DNA of 63,345 bases, the filler included. It is 5 parts of 5 records of this genome, joined end to end, with 100 filler letters (N's around TTAATTAATTAA, not from the genome) between each part and the next. Parts side by side here need not be neighbours in the genome. Positions count along the whole stretch, not along the records: positions 49,176 to 54,904 come from SRR22947727_5398; positions 55,005 to 63,345 come from SRR22947727_5404; 3 more parts are not named here. The stretch is one strand, 5' to 3'. The notes under the pieces are model-generated. The model was not told the origin of the DNA, did not search any database, and worked only from the letters and a program-made list of their open reading frames with translations. The number at the start of each line of letters is the position of its first letter. Positions within the stretch are counted from its first letter, which is position 1. This document shows positions 51,357 to 60,741 of the stretch, piece after piece. A program made the position numbers and the translations under genes.

Positions 51357-53985
51357 ATTGATGTTTTTTTTCAGCCAATCTCAGAAGTGATAAAACATCG
51401 CAGTAAGTAAAATCTATTCTTTCTTCAAATTTTACAGAAGCATCACCTGATAAATAATGTTCAGCAATTGCTTCAATTCTTTCTTTCCATACTTTTATAA
51501 GCATGTCCCAGTCAGTAATATTTGAGTTATCAATTTTGGAGTTAAGTTGCTTTGCAATGGAATTAGAATCATTTGCTAGGATTCCGTATAAGTTTATTTT
51601 ATCTCGATTAATGTGACCTATTGCAATGCCTGAGAGATCCTTAATTGGAATAAAACAAGCGTAAATTGGCAATTGGAGGTCTTCAAGACTGTCAGAAAAT
51701 AATTCTTTTCTAGATGTTGGGTTTTTTGCTGTTTTATAGTCAATAAGTAATTTATTTTTTTTATTAATAAAATCTATTCGATCGATACGAATATTAAATT
51801 TAAGCTTACGTATCTTTATTTCATAAGATTTTTCAAGCGCATGTATAGAAAATTTAGGTCGAGTTTTTTCTTCTTTTAGCCAACTATAAATCAAGCTCTT
51901 TAAAAAATTTTGTTCCATCGATAACAGTCGGCTATCCAGTTCATTATGCTCAAGTTCAAATTCACTCAAGGCTTCAGATATTGCTATCTCTAGATTGTTT
52001 GAGAGTTCACCATCACCATAAGATAGTAATTGATCCGATGTTTTACAATTTCTCCAAAACAATTCTAAAATTCTATGGACTAGTGTTCCCTCTGACCTTC
52101 TAGTGATCTCATATTGTTCATCTTCTTCGTATCTAGAGCAACCTAGCCTGTTCGCATAAAAAGCCCAAGCAGGGCATTTATTTTGGTTTTCAATAGTTTT
52201 GCATCCACTCTTAATTATTAATTCATTACTCACCTTTATGGCAGGAGCTTGATGGTCAGTAACATAACACTGGTTTTCTTCAACTAGTGATCTTGATTGG
52301 TTTTCAAACAGTCGATGAATATTAATTTTTTCTTTATTCCAAGGCGAGGGGGATAGAGAAATGTCATTGTCCCTTAATGAAAATGAAATCGATAGTTCTT
52401 TTGATAATTTTGATAGTCTAGCTACTTTATCTTGATAAAATTGTTTGTGATAGGAAGCGTTAAATAAATTATTTTTTTCTTGTATTTTTTTTGATAAAAA
52501 TGGATTGTATTCCTCCAGATTTGGCCAAAAATTATCGTTCATATTCATTAACCATATAGCATCATATTCTCTTGTTGGGTTTTCATAAAACCCATAAATA
52601 TCGATGGTAGAGTCTTCATTGATTTGATTCGGTACAAAATTTTCTAAATAATATTCTAAGTAACTTACATATTCAGAAAGTGATAGTTTATTAGGCGTAA
52701 TTTTGCTATTACTTAATTGATTAATTACTTTAAATAAAAGTTTTATATTATTGTTTTCAAATGATAAAATATTATTTATTTTTCCAAAATTTATTATTTC
52801 TAGAAAACTATATATTAACTTATTCCAAGATGATGCTTTATTATGTTTTGGCCATTTATTTTGATTATTTTGTATAATTTTGAAAATATTTTCGAGTTTC
52901 TGAAAATTATGTTTTTGGTCTGTCGATTTTTTATTTCTTAACAGCATTTGTAAATTTACTAACGATATATAGTTTTTTTTTGTTTCCTTTAGTGCATTTG
53001 CAAAATGTTGTTTGCTTTCATAACTAGCACTTGAAACCCAATTATCAAACAACAATAATTCGTTTAGTTCTTTTACGGATAAAAGTTTATTTTCATTAAT
53101 CTTAATGCATATTATTGCAGCTCTTATAATGGGTTCTGCTGATAATGGTCTTTTAAGACTTGTATTTAATATGCTTTTGGACTGTATATCAGAAAAAATA
53201 TTTGGTTGTATACTTCTGTCTATCTTATTTTGTAGGTTAACTTGAAATTTTTCTAATGCTGGTGACATTATTAGCAATTTATTTTTATTTTTTGACTTAT
53301 TTTTATTAATCCACTCAACAACTGCTGAAATTTCGTGATCATAATTTTGAAATGCATGAACTTTGGGTATAGATTTAAATTTTTCTGCTTCTAAGTCATT
53401 TGAGACTTCATTATTTTTTTGTAATGCTTCAAATAGGTTTTTGTGGCTAGGTTTGCTTTTATCGAGGCTTACAAACAATATATTTTCATTTTCTATAATA
53501 GTTTTTTCTTTTTGCAGCGAAGTAAAGACGTTTAAAAAATCATATTTTGTTATAAGCTGGTTTTTTGAACACTCCTTCTGAAACTCTTTCCTCCATTCAA
53601 GAAAGTACTTTGGCTCTTTGTAGGCTATATGCTTTTGTAACTCATTATGATGAATATGATAGTTTGAAATTATCCTATTAGCATTAATCACCTGTTGAGC
53701 AATATTTGTGATATCGGTTATTTTTTTTTCTTGACGTTTTCTTAAATCATCTCTGATAATTTTTTCCCATAAAATCTTTTCTTCAATCCCATTTAGTATT
53801 AAAAATTCATTCGCTGCTTCTCTCATTAGAAAATCTTGATATTCATTTGCAATCCAATTATCTAGCGTTTGGATTTTAGGAATCTTTAAAACATTATTAT
53901 TTGATTGTTTTTTATAGGTAAGCCGAATATCATTCACTTGAATTTGATTTTCACAGACTACGGCGGTGTATGGTTTATGATTCAT
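51340..53985 (-). CDS. addB: AddB-like inactive helicase with C-terminal PD-(D/E)XK nuclease
   Basis: 'CPAWAFY', 'GTLVH', 'RIDRID...LLIDYKT', 'QLPIY'. Confidence 0.8.
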   Translation of the reverse strand: MNHKPYTAVVCENQIQVNDIRLTYKKQSNNNVLKIPKIQTLDNWIANEYQDFLMREAANEFLILNGIEEKILWEKIIRDDLRKRQEKKITDITNIAQQVINANRIISNYHIHHNELQKHIAYKEPKYFLEWRKEFQKECSKNQLITKYDFLNVFTSLQKEKTIIENENILFVSLDKSKPSHKNLFEALQKNNEVSNDLEAEKFKSIPKVHAFQNYDHEISAVVEWINKNKSKNKNKLLIMSPALEKFQVNLQNKIDRSIQPNIFSDIQSKSILNTSLKRPLSAEPIIRAAIICIKINENKLLSVKELNELLLFDNWVSSASYESKQHFANALKETKKNYISLVNLQMLLRNKKSTDQKHNFQKLENIFKIIQNNQNKWPKHNKASSWNKLIYSFLEIINFGKINNILSFENNNIKLLFKVINQLSNSKITPNKLSLSEYVSYLEYYLENFVPNQINEDSTIDIYGFYENPTREYDAIWLMNMNDNFWPNLEEYNPFLSKKIQEKNNLFNASYHKQFYQDKVARLSKLSKELSISFSLRDNDISLSPSPWNKEKINIHRLFENQSRSLVEENQCYVTDHQAPAIKVSNELIIKSGCKTIENQNKCPAWAFYANRLGCSRYEEDEQYEITRRSEGTLVHRILELFWRNCKTSDQLLSYGDGELSNNLEIAISEALSEFELEHNELDSRLLSMEQNFLKSLIYSWLKEEKTRPKFSIHALEKSYEIKIRKLKFNIRIDRIDFINKKNKLLIDYKTAKNPTSRKELFSDSLEDLQLPIYACFIPIKDLSGIAIGHINRDKINLYGILANDSNSIAKQLNSKIDNSNITDWDMLIKVWKERIEAIAEHYLSGDASVKFEERIDFTYCDVLSLLRLAEKKHQFELYG

Positions 53986-54033
53986 CTTCTAGAATTTTAA
54001 CTCAAATCATAGTAAAAAAATTTTCAGAACCAA

Positions 54034-54513
54034 ATGACAAAAAGTAATAATTACATCACTTCAGAGGGTTATAAAAAACTCCAAACAGAGCTTTTAGAGT
54101 TAATCAAGCATGATCGTCCTAAAATTGTTGAGATAGTCTCCTGGGCAGCTGGAAATGGAGATAGAAGTGAAAATGGAGATTATATTTATGGGAAAAAAAA
54201 ATTAAGACAAATTGACGGTAGGATTAGGTTTTTAACAAAAATCATTGAAGCCTCTAATATTATTCATCCTAGTGAGAAAATAGATAAAACTAAAATTTTT
54301 TTTGGTGCATTAATTGAATTGTTTCAAGAGGAAAGTAACAAAACGCTGAAATTAAGAATTGTTGGTCAGCATGAGACTAGTCATGAAGATCATTATATAA
54401 GCTGGATCTCTCCACTTGGAAAGGCACTCTTAGGGAGAAAAAAAAGAGAAACAATTGATGTGAATATTGATGGGATAAATACAGCCTATACAATTATTAA
54501 TATTGATTATTAA
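54034..54513 (+). CDS. greB: Transcription elongation factor GreB
   Basis: 'VSWAAGNGDRSENGDYIYGKK.LRQID.RIRFL', 'ISWISPLGKAL'. Confidence 0.95.
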   Translation: MTKSNNYITSEGYKKLQTELLELIKHDRPKIVEIVSWAAGNGDRSENGDYIYGKKKLRQIDGRIRFLTKIIEASNIIHPSEKIDKTKIFFGALIELFQEESNKTLKLRIVGQHETSHEDHYISWISPLGKALLGRKKRETIDVNIDGINTAYTIINIDY

Positions 54514-54553
54514 AAAGGTATAATCACAAAAAATTTAATTCCGAGGAAGTGAA

Positions 54554-54904
54554 ATGAAAACGGCACAAGAAGTCAGAGTAGGAAATGTAATTATTGTTGA
54601 TGGAGATCCAATGGTGGTTCTCAAGTCAGAATATAATATTTCAAAGTCAGGCCGAAGACAGAATGCAGCTATTGTCAAAATGAAAATGAAGAATTTATTG
54701 ACTGACAATGCAGCTGAAAAGATTTATCAAGCAACGGATAAATTTGATCTGGTTATCTTAGAAAAAAAAGACGTAACATACTCCTATTTTTCTGATCCAA
54801 ATTATATATTTATGGATTCAGATTTTAATCAATATGAAATTGATCAAGATGCAATGGAGAGCACTTTAAAATTCCTAGAGGATGGCATGGCTTGCGAAAT
54901 CGTT
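54554..54904 (+). CDS. efp: Elongation factor P, Arg-type lineage with extended loop; 3' truncated
   Basis: 'MKTAQE.R.GNV', 'KMKMKNLLT', 'TYSYF.DP.Y.FMD..FNQYE'; GAGGA SD and TATAAT at 54519. Confidence 0.96.
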
Positions 54905-55004
54905 NNNNNNNNNNNNNNNNNNNNNNNNNNNNNNNNNNNNNNNNNNNNTTAATTAATTAANNNNNNNNNNNNNNNNNNNNNNNNNNNNNNNNNNNNNNNN
55001 NNNN
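54905..55004. other. Artificial contig spacer
   Basis: N-run with TTAATTAATTAA. Confidence 0.99.
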
Positions 55005-55064
55005 ATTTTAAGTAAATTAGATTTTCAAATATATATCTTCTAAGCTCAAACTGAAATTTTTTAA

Positions 55065-55421
55065 ATGAATAAATTATACTATTTATCCTCTTGTTCAACT
55101 TGTAAAAGAATAATTAATCAATGGTCTTTAACTAAGGCGATTGATTTAATTGATGTTAAAAAAACGCCTTTAGACGAAAAGAATTTAAAAGAACTGTATA
55201 AAATCACTAATAGTTACGAAACTTTGTTTAATAAAAGAGCCCAGATGTTAAAAAAATTAAATCTAAACATCAACCTTTTAGATGAAAATGATTTTAAAAA
55301 ATTACTGCTTAGTCATTACAGCTTTTTAAAAAGGCCTGTATTATTATTTAATAGAAAAATTTTCGTTGGAAATTCTAAAAAAAATATTGAGGAAGCAGAG
55401 ATTGAACTTATTAAAAAGTAG
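55065..55421 (+). CDS. ArsC/Spx-family thioredoxin-fold protein
   Basis: 'YYLSSCSTCKR' (CxxC), 'LKRPV', 'VG'. Confidence 0.85.
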   Translation: MNKLYYLSSCSTCKRIINQWSLTKAIDLIDVKKTPLDEKNLKELYKITNSYETLFNKRAQMLKKLNLNINLLDENDFKKLLLSHYSFLKRPVLLFNRKIFVGNSKKNIEEAEIELIKK

Positions 55422-55482
55422 TTTAATCTATTTTTCAAAAAAATAAAAAACAGATTTTGTATTTTTAAAAAAAAGTTTAGGC

Positions 55483-55968
55483 ATGAATATTTTTAAATCA
55501 ATTACTTTAGTTTTTGTTTTCTTTTTAATTTCTGGTTGTGGTGATTCAAAAAAACCTGAGGAAAAATCGATTTATAAAAGAGTTAAAACAGAAAAAAAAC
55601 AAGTTAAACAAGTAAATGCCGAAACTCCAATTGATCTTAATAATAAAGGTATTGGTCCAATAAAAAATTATAATTTTAGTTCTGAGGTTAATTTAGAATT
55701 AGCGAATGAAGGCAAACAAGTCTTTAATTCAAAATGTACAGCATGCCATAATGTAAATAGAAGATTAATCGGCCCCGCTATGTCAGGAATTTATGAAAGA
55801 AGAAGTGTTGAGTGGGTTTTAAACATAATGCTTAACCCTGACCAAATGTTAAAAGAGGATCCTACAGCAATAGCTCTTCTAAAAGAATACAATAATATTA
55901 TAATGTTAAATCAGAACCTTTCTGAAAAAGAGGCTAAAAGTTTAGCAGAATATTTTAGAACTCTTTAG
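55483..55968 (+). CDS. Monoheme cytochrome c lipoprotein
   Basis: Lipobox 'ISGC', 'CTACH', 'IGPA', distal Met in 'IMLNQ'. Confidence 0.88.
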   Translation: MNIFKSITLVFVFFLISGCGDSKKPEEKSIYKRVKTEKKQVKQVNAETPIDLNNKGIGPIKNYNFSSEVNLELANEGKQVFNSKCTACHNVNRRLIGPAMSGIYERRSVEWVLNIMLNPDQMLKEDPTAIALLKEYNNIIMLNQNLSEKEAKSLAEYFRTL

Positions 55969-55969
55969 T

Positions 55970-56698
55970 ATGAACTCAAAACTATTTTTTTTCTTTCTTT
56001 TAGGTATTTCATTTGCCCATTGTCAAAGTAAACTTACCGAAGTATGGGAGCCAGTTCCAGAAAAAATAGAAGCATATAATTTCTCACAACCACCAAGTGA
56101 TGCTATTATTTTATTTGACGGAACTGACTTTTCGAACTGGGTCACATGGGGAAATAAAGAGCCTAAGTGGATAATTAATAAAGATGGCTCAATGACTGTT
56201 GTAAACGGCAAGGGTTCAATTCAAACAAAAGAATCGTTCGGATCTGTTCAATTACATATTGAATGGAAAACAGGCACAGATGACTTAGACAAACATAAAA
56301 ACCAAAGTAGATCTAATAGTGGAGTTTTTTTTCAAAAAAACTATGAGATTCAAATTTTAGATAGTTATAAAAACCCTACTTATGTTAATGGTCAGTCAGG
56401 ATCTGTTTACAAGCAGTACATTCCGTTAAAAAATTCAAGCAAAAAGCCAGGGGATTGGCAATCTTACGATATAATATTTACCGCCCCCATATTTAAAAAT
56501 AAAAAATTAGAAAAACCAGGTTATTTTACTGTTTTTCATAATGGAGTTTTAATTCAAAATCATGTTGAAATTAAAGGTACTACAACAAATGTTGGAAAAC
56601 CAAAATATTCAGCTCACAGCAATGCACCAATAATGTTACAAGATCATTGTTGTATCCCATTAAGTTTTAGAAATATATGGTTAAGGAAATTAGACTAA
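55970..56698 (+). CDS. DUF1080 (3-keto-disaccharide hydrolase-like) secreted protein
   Basis: 'PPSDAIILFDG', 'LHIEW', 'NSGVF', 'YEIQILDS', 'LQDH', 'FRNIW'. Confidence 0.88.
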   Translation: MNSKLFFFFLLGISFAHCQSKLTEVWEPVPEKIEAYNFSQPPSDAIILFDGTDFSNWVTWGNKEPKWIINKDGSMTVVNGKGSIQTKESFGSVQLHIEWKTGTDDLDKHKNQSRSNSGVFFQKNYEIQILDSYKNPTYVNGQSGSVYKQYIPLKNSSKKPGDWQSYDIIFTAPIFKNKKLEKPGYFTVFHNGVLIQNHVEIKGTTTNVGKPKYSAHSNAPIMLQDHCCIPLSFRNIWLRKLD

Positions 56699-56712
56699 GC
56701 CTCACTTTTTTG

Positions 56713-56720
56713 TAAATTTG
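56713..56720 (+). promoter_or_regulatory. Bacteroidetes -7 promoter element (TAnnTTTG) before yicC
   Basis: TAAATTTG ends 5 nt before the ATG at 56726. Confidence 0.6.
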
Positions 56721-56725
56721 TCGAC

Positions 56726-57586
56726 ATGCTACAATCAATGACTGGTTTTGGGAATGCCTCTTCAGATTCAGAATTTGGAAAGATATCAATAGATGTCAAA
56801 TCTTTAAACAGTAAAACTCTAGATCTAAATTATAGTCTAAATCCAATATTTAGAAATATTGAGAGTGACATAAGGTCAATATTGACAACTGGACTTAAAA
56901 GAGGCAAAATTGATTTTAAAATTAATTTTAAAATTTCAGAAAACAGTTTTACATCCAATTTAAACCACGATGTTATTAAATCTTACATTACAGATTTGAA
57001 AAAGTTGTCATCTGGAATTGATTCCGAATTTCTTAAAATTGCAGTTACACTTCCTAATTCAATTGAAAATAATAGAAGTGATCTTGATCAAAAATTATTA
57101 GAAAATATTAAAGAATTGTTTAATAAGGCAATTGAAAAAGTAATTGACTTTAGAGTTCAAGAAGGAAAATCTATGGAATTAGATTTAGCAGGTAATTTGG
57201 ATATTATACAAAAAAAACTTTTTGATATAGAAAAATTGGCTCCTGAAAGGATATTATCAATAAAAAAAAGATTAAATAAAAAATTAGAATCTCTAAAAAT
57301 AGAAGTTGACCAAAACAGGTTCGAACAAGAGCTAATTTATTATTTAGAAAAAATTGATATTAATGAAGAAATAGTTAGATTAAAAAATCATTTAAATTAT
57401 TTTAAAAGTACATTGAACGAAAGTCAAATTGAAAAAGGCAAAAAACTTACTTTTATTAGTCAAGAAATGGGAAGAGAAATTAATACTATTGGATCTAAGT
57501 CCAACAATTTACCGATGCAACTGCTTGTAGTTGAAATGAAAAATGAGTTAGAAAAGATAAAAGAACAACTTCTTAATGTTTTGTAA
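56726..57586 (+). CDS. yicC: YicC/YloC family endoribonuclease
   Basis: 'SMTGFG', 'RGKID', 'DINEEIVRL', 'QEMGREINTIGSK', 'KEQLLNV'. Confidence 0.93.
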   Translation: MLQSMTGFGNASSDSEFGKISIDVKSLNSKTLDLNYSLNPIFRNIESDIRSILTTGLKRGKIDFKINFKISENSFTSNLNHDVIKSYITDLKKLSSGIDSEFLKIAVTLPNSIENNRSDLDQKLLENIKELFNKAIEKVIDFRVQEGKSMELDLAGNLDIIQKKLFDIEKLAPERILSIKKRLNKKLESLKIEVDQNRFEQELIYYLEKIDINEEIVRLKNHLNYFKSTLNESQIEKGKKLTFISQEMGREINTIGSKSNNLPMQLLVVEMKNELEKIKEQLLNVL

Positions 57587-58155
57587 TGTCTAAAGGAAAG
57601 TGTATAATTTTTTCTGCCCCATCAGGAAGCGGTAAAACCACTCTTGTTAATTACTTATTAAATCAAAAAGAATTGAATCTGTCTTTTTCAATTTCCGCAA
57701 CAACAAGACAAAAACGAGACGGTGAAGTTCAAGGAAAAGATTACTTTTTTAAAACCAAAACAGATTTTAAAAAATTAATTAATAATAGTGAGTTTCTTGA
57801 ATATGAAGAAGTATACGATGATGTTTTTTATGGGACTTTAGAAAGCGAAGTGATTAAGCAATTAGAAACACAAAATGTGATTTTTGACATTGATGTAATT
57901 GGGGGAATCAGATTAAAAGAATATTTTAAAAACAATGCACTTTCAATTTTTGTTAAGGCTCCAAGTGTCAAAGAGCTCAAAAAAAGATTAAGCTCCAGAA
58001 ACAAAGATTCTAATGAATCAATTGAAGCAAGAATTCAAAAAGCTCAAAAAGAAATAGAAAAAGAATCGGAGTTTGACCTTAGCATTATTAATAATAATCT
58101 TGACTTAGCCAAGAAAGAATCATTCGATATCGTTAAAAAATTTCTTGCTAAATGA
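57586..58155 (+). CDS. gmk: Guanylate kinase
   Basis: 'SAPSGSGKTT', 'SATTR..R.GE..G.DYFF', 'YGT', 'DIDV.G'. Confidence 0.96.
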   Translation: MSKGKCIIFSAPSGSGKTTLVNYLLNQKELNLSFSISATTRQKRDGEVQGKDYFFKTKTDFKKLINNSEFLEYEEVYDDVFYGTLESEVIKQLETQNVIFDIDVIGGIRLKEYFKNNALSIFVKAPSVKELKKRLSSRNKDSNESIEARIQKAQKEIEKESEFDLSIINNNLDLAKKESFDIVKKFLAK

Positions 58156-58721
58156 ACAAAAATATAGGATTATTTTTTGGAACTTTTGACCCACTGCACA
58201 ATGGTCACATTGCTATTGCTAAATATTTTTTAAAAAAACTAAATTTAGATCAAATATGGCTGGTTATTACACCAATAAGCCCTCATAAACAGGCGAATAA
58301 ATTAACAAATTATTATACTAGATTTAAAATCATTAATAATTACTGCAAAAAAAACAGCAAAATAATTTGCTCTGATATTGAATTTAATTTAAAACCTCCC
58401 TACAATACATCTGATACATTGATCTATTTAAATAAAAAATATCCAAAAATAGATTTTAAAATTATATTAGGTGAAGACAATTTAAACACTCTTCATCTGT
58501 GGAGCAATTATGAATTAATTTTAGAGCACAAAATATGTGTCTATCCAAGAAAAAGTGCTTCTAAAGAAAAAAGTAAATTAATAAGTCACCCAAATGTAAA
58601 TCTGTATAATGCTCCAATTATGGAGATTTCTTCTACTCTTATTAGAAAAAATATTTTAGAAAAAACTTCAATATCTCATCTTGTTCCTAAAGAAATTGAA
58701 GAAATGTTAATTGAAAAATAA
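58152..58721 (+). CDS. nadD: Nicotinate-nucleotide adenylyltransferase
   Basis: 'GTFDPLHNGH', 'ILGEDN', 'ISSTLIR'. Confidence 0.94.
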   Translation: MNKNIGLFFGTFDPLHNGHIAIAKYFLKKLNLDQIWLVITPISPHKQANKLTNYYTRFKIINNYCKKNSKIICSDIEFNLKPPYNTSDTLIYLNKKYPKIDFKIILGEDNLNTLHLWSNYELILEHKICVYPRKSASKEKSKLISHPNVNLYNAPIMEISSTLIRKNILEKTSISHLVPKEIEEMLIEK

Positions 58722-58839
58722 ATTCTAGTCTCAGAGCATAATCAAATATTTAACCAATTATTAACAATTTGAATCAATTTTTTTATTCAAATTGCACCCC
58801 CTTAGTTTTATAAGTAAATTTATCTTAAATAAGTAAAAA

Positions 58840-59835
58840 ATGAATAAAGAAATTGATATTAAAGAAATTAACGAATTAATTGAAAAGGAAAGTGCTTTTA
58901 TCGACATGCTATTACTTGAAGTTAATAAAGTAATTATTGGTCAAAAACACATGATGGAAAGGTTATTAATTGGTCTTTTAGGCCAGGGTCATATTCTTTT
59001 AGAAGGAGTTCCAGGTCTTGCAAAAACATTAGCTATAAACTCTTTAAGCAAAGCTGTAAAAGGAAGTTTTAGTAGAATACAATTTACACCTGATTTATTA
59101 CCAGCTGATGTAGTGGGAACTATGATTTATAATATGAAAGAAAATGATTTCTCGATAAAGAAAGGTCCTATTTTTGCAAATTTTGTTCTCGCAGATGAAA
59201 TAAATAGAGCCCCTGCAAAAGTACAATCAGCTTTATTGGAATCCATGCAGGAAAGACAAGTTACTATTGGAGATTCAACATTTAAGTTAACTCCACCTTT
59301 TTTAGTAATGGCAACTCAAAATCCAGTTGAACAAGAAGGTACATATCCACTTCCTGAAGCACAAGTGGATAGATTTATGTTAAAAACTATAATCGATTAT
59401 CCCAAAATTGAAGACGAGCAATTAATAGTAAGAGCTAATATTAACAACAGCTTTGGAGACATCAAACCTGTTGTTACTGTTAAACAAATTATTAAAGCTC
59501 AAGAATCTGTTCGAAAAGTTTACATGGACGAAAAAATAGAAAAGTACATTCTAGATTTAGTTTTTGCAACCAGATACCCTGAAAAATACGGTTTAGAAGA
59601 TTTGAAACCGTTAATAAATTTCGGCGCATCGCCAAGGGGAAGTATTAACCTAGCGAATGCAGCTAGATGTTATGCTTTTATAAAAAGACGGGGATATGTT
59701 GTGCCTGAAGACGTAAGAGCTGTAATCCATGATGTTTTAAGGCACAGAATAGGTCTTACCTATGAGGCAGAAGCAGAAAATATTTCAACTGAGGAAATAA
59801 TTAATAAAATAGTTAATCAAGTAGAGGTTCCTTAG
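58840..59835 (+). CDS. moxR: MoxR-family AAA+ ATPase
   Basis: 'EGVPGLAKT', 'RIQFTPDLLPAD', 'DEINRAPAKVQSALLE', 'GASPR'. Confidence 0.95.
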   Translation: MNKEIDIKEINELIEKESAFIDMLLLEVNKVIIGQKHMMERLLIGLLGQGHILLEGVPGLAKTLAINSLSKAVKGSFSRIQFTPDLLPADVVGTMIYNMKENDFSIKKGPIFANFVLADEINRAPAKVQSALLESMQERQVTIGDSTFKLTPPFLVMATQNPVEQEGTYPLPEAQVDRFMLKTIIDYPKIEDEQLIVRANINNSFGDIKPVVTVKQIIKAQESVRKVYMDEKIEKYILDLVFATRYPEKYGLEDLKPLINFGASPRGSINLANAARCYAFIKRRGYVVPEDVRAVIHDVLRHRIGLTYEAEAENISTEEIINKIVNQVEVP

Positions 59836-59874
59836 AGAACAAAATACTATTTCTAATTCATCACTTTCATTATT

Positions 59875-60741
59875 TTGGAAACTAAAGATTTATTAAAAAA
59901 GGTCAGAAAAATTGAAATCAAAACCAGAAGATTAAGTAATAATATTTTTGGCGGAGAGTACCACAGTACATTCAAAGGCCGAGGTATGACTTTTAGTGAA
60001 GTAAGAAATTATCAGTTTGGAGATGATGTTAGAAGCATTGATTGGAATGTTACCGCAAGATATAATGAACCTTTTGTGAAAGTTTTTGAAGAAGAAAGAG
60101 AGCTTACACTAATGCTTGTAGTAGACGTGAGTAGCTCGGGTTTGTTTGGTACTGATAATGCCTTGAAAAAAAATATAATTACGGAAATTTCTGCAACTTT
60201 AGCATTTTCTGCTCTTCAAAACAACGATAAAGTAGGTTTGATATTGTTTAGTGATCAAATTGAGTTATTTATTTCTCCTAGCAAGGGTAAAACTCATGTT
60301 CTTAGAATTATTAGAGAGTTAATAGAATTTAAGCCAAAAAGTAAAAAAACAAATATTAGTACTGCTCTGGAATTTTTAATTAGTGTTTTGAAAAAAAAAT
60401 CCATTGCCTTTATTTTATCAGATTTTATTTCATCAAATTATGAAAAAACATTAAAAATTGCGTCTAAAAAGCACGATTTAACAGGTATAAAAGTATTTGA
60501 TAAACTTGAAGAGTTTATCCCAAATTTCGGATTAGTTCAAATGTTTGATCAGGAAACTGAACAAGTTCAATTAGTTGATACTTCATCAAAATTTGTAAGG
60601 AATAATTACAAGAAACAAAGGACGTTAAAATTTAAGGAATTCAATGATTTGTTCAAAAGAAACGGGGCAGGCACAATTCTTTGTCGAACAGACGAAAGCT
60701 ATATTAAAAAACTACTAAATTATTTTAAAACCCGTGGTTAA
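59875..60741 (+). CDS. DUF58 (vWA-like) protein of the moxR-bat operon
   Basis: 'GEYHS.FKGRGM.FSEVR.YQ.GDD.R.IDWNVTAR', 'EEERE'. Confidence 0.92.
   Translation: METKDLLKKVRKIEIKTRRLSNNIFGGEYHSTFKGRGMTFSEVRNYQFGDDVRSIDWNVTARYNEPFVKVFEEERELTLMLVVDVSSSGLFGTDNALKKNIITEISATLAFSALQNNDKVGLILFSDQIELFISPSKGKTHVLRIIRELIEFKPKSKKTNISTALEFLISVLKKKSIAFILSDFISSNYEKTLKIASKKHDLTGIKVFDKLEEFIPNFGLVQMFDQETEQVQLVDTSSKFVRNNYKKQRTLKFKEFNDLFKRNGAGTILCRTDESYIKKLLNYFKTRG

Noticed and set aside
49176-54904. 30-nt terminal inverted repeats as the ends of a transposon or linear replicon
   Set aside because: The repeat is efp coding sequence, there is no transposase, and the contents are housekeeping genes
31656-55004. 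Four identical TTAATTAATTAA motifs within N-runs, and apparent linkage of photosynthesis, sugar, thiamine and bat genes
   Set aside because: These are concatenation spacers with stops in all six frames; GC content and apparent taxonomy change at each, so cross-spacer context has no meaning
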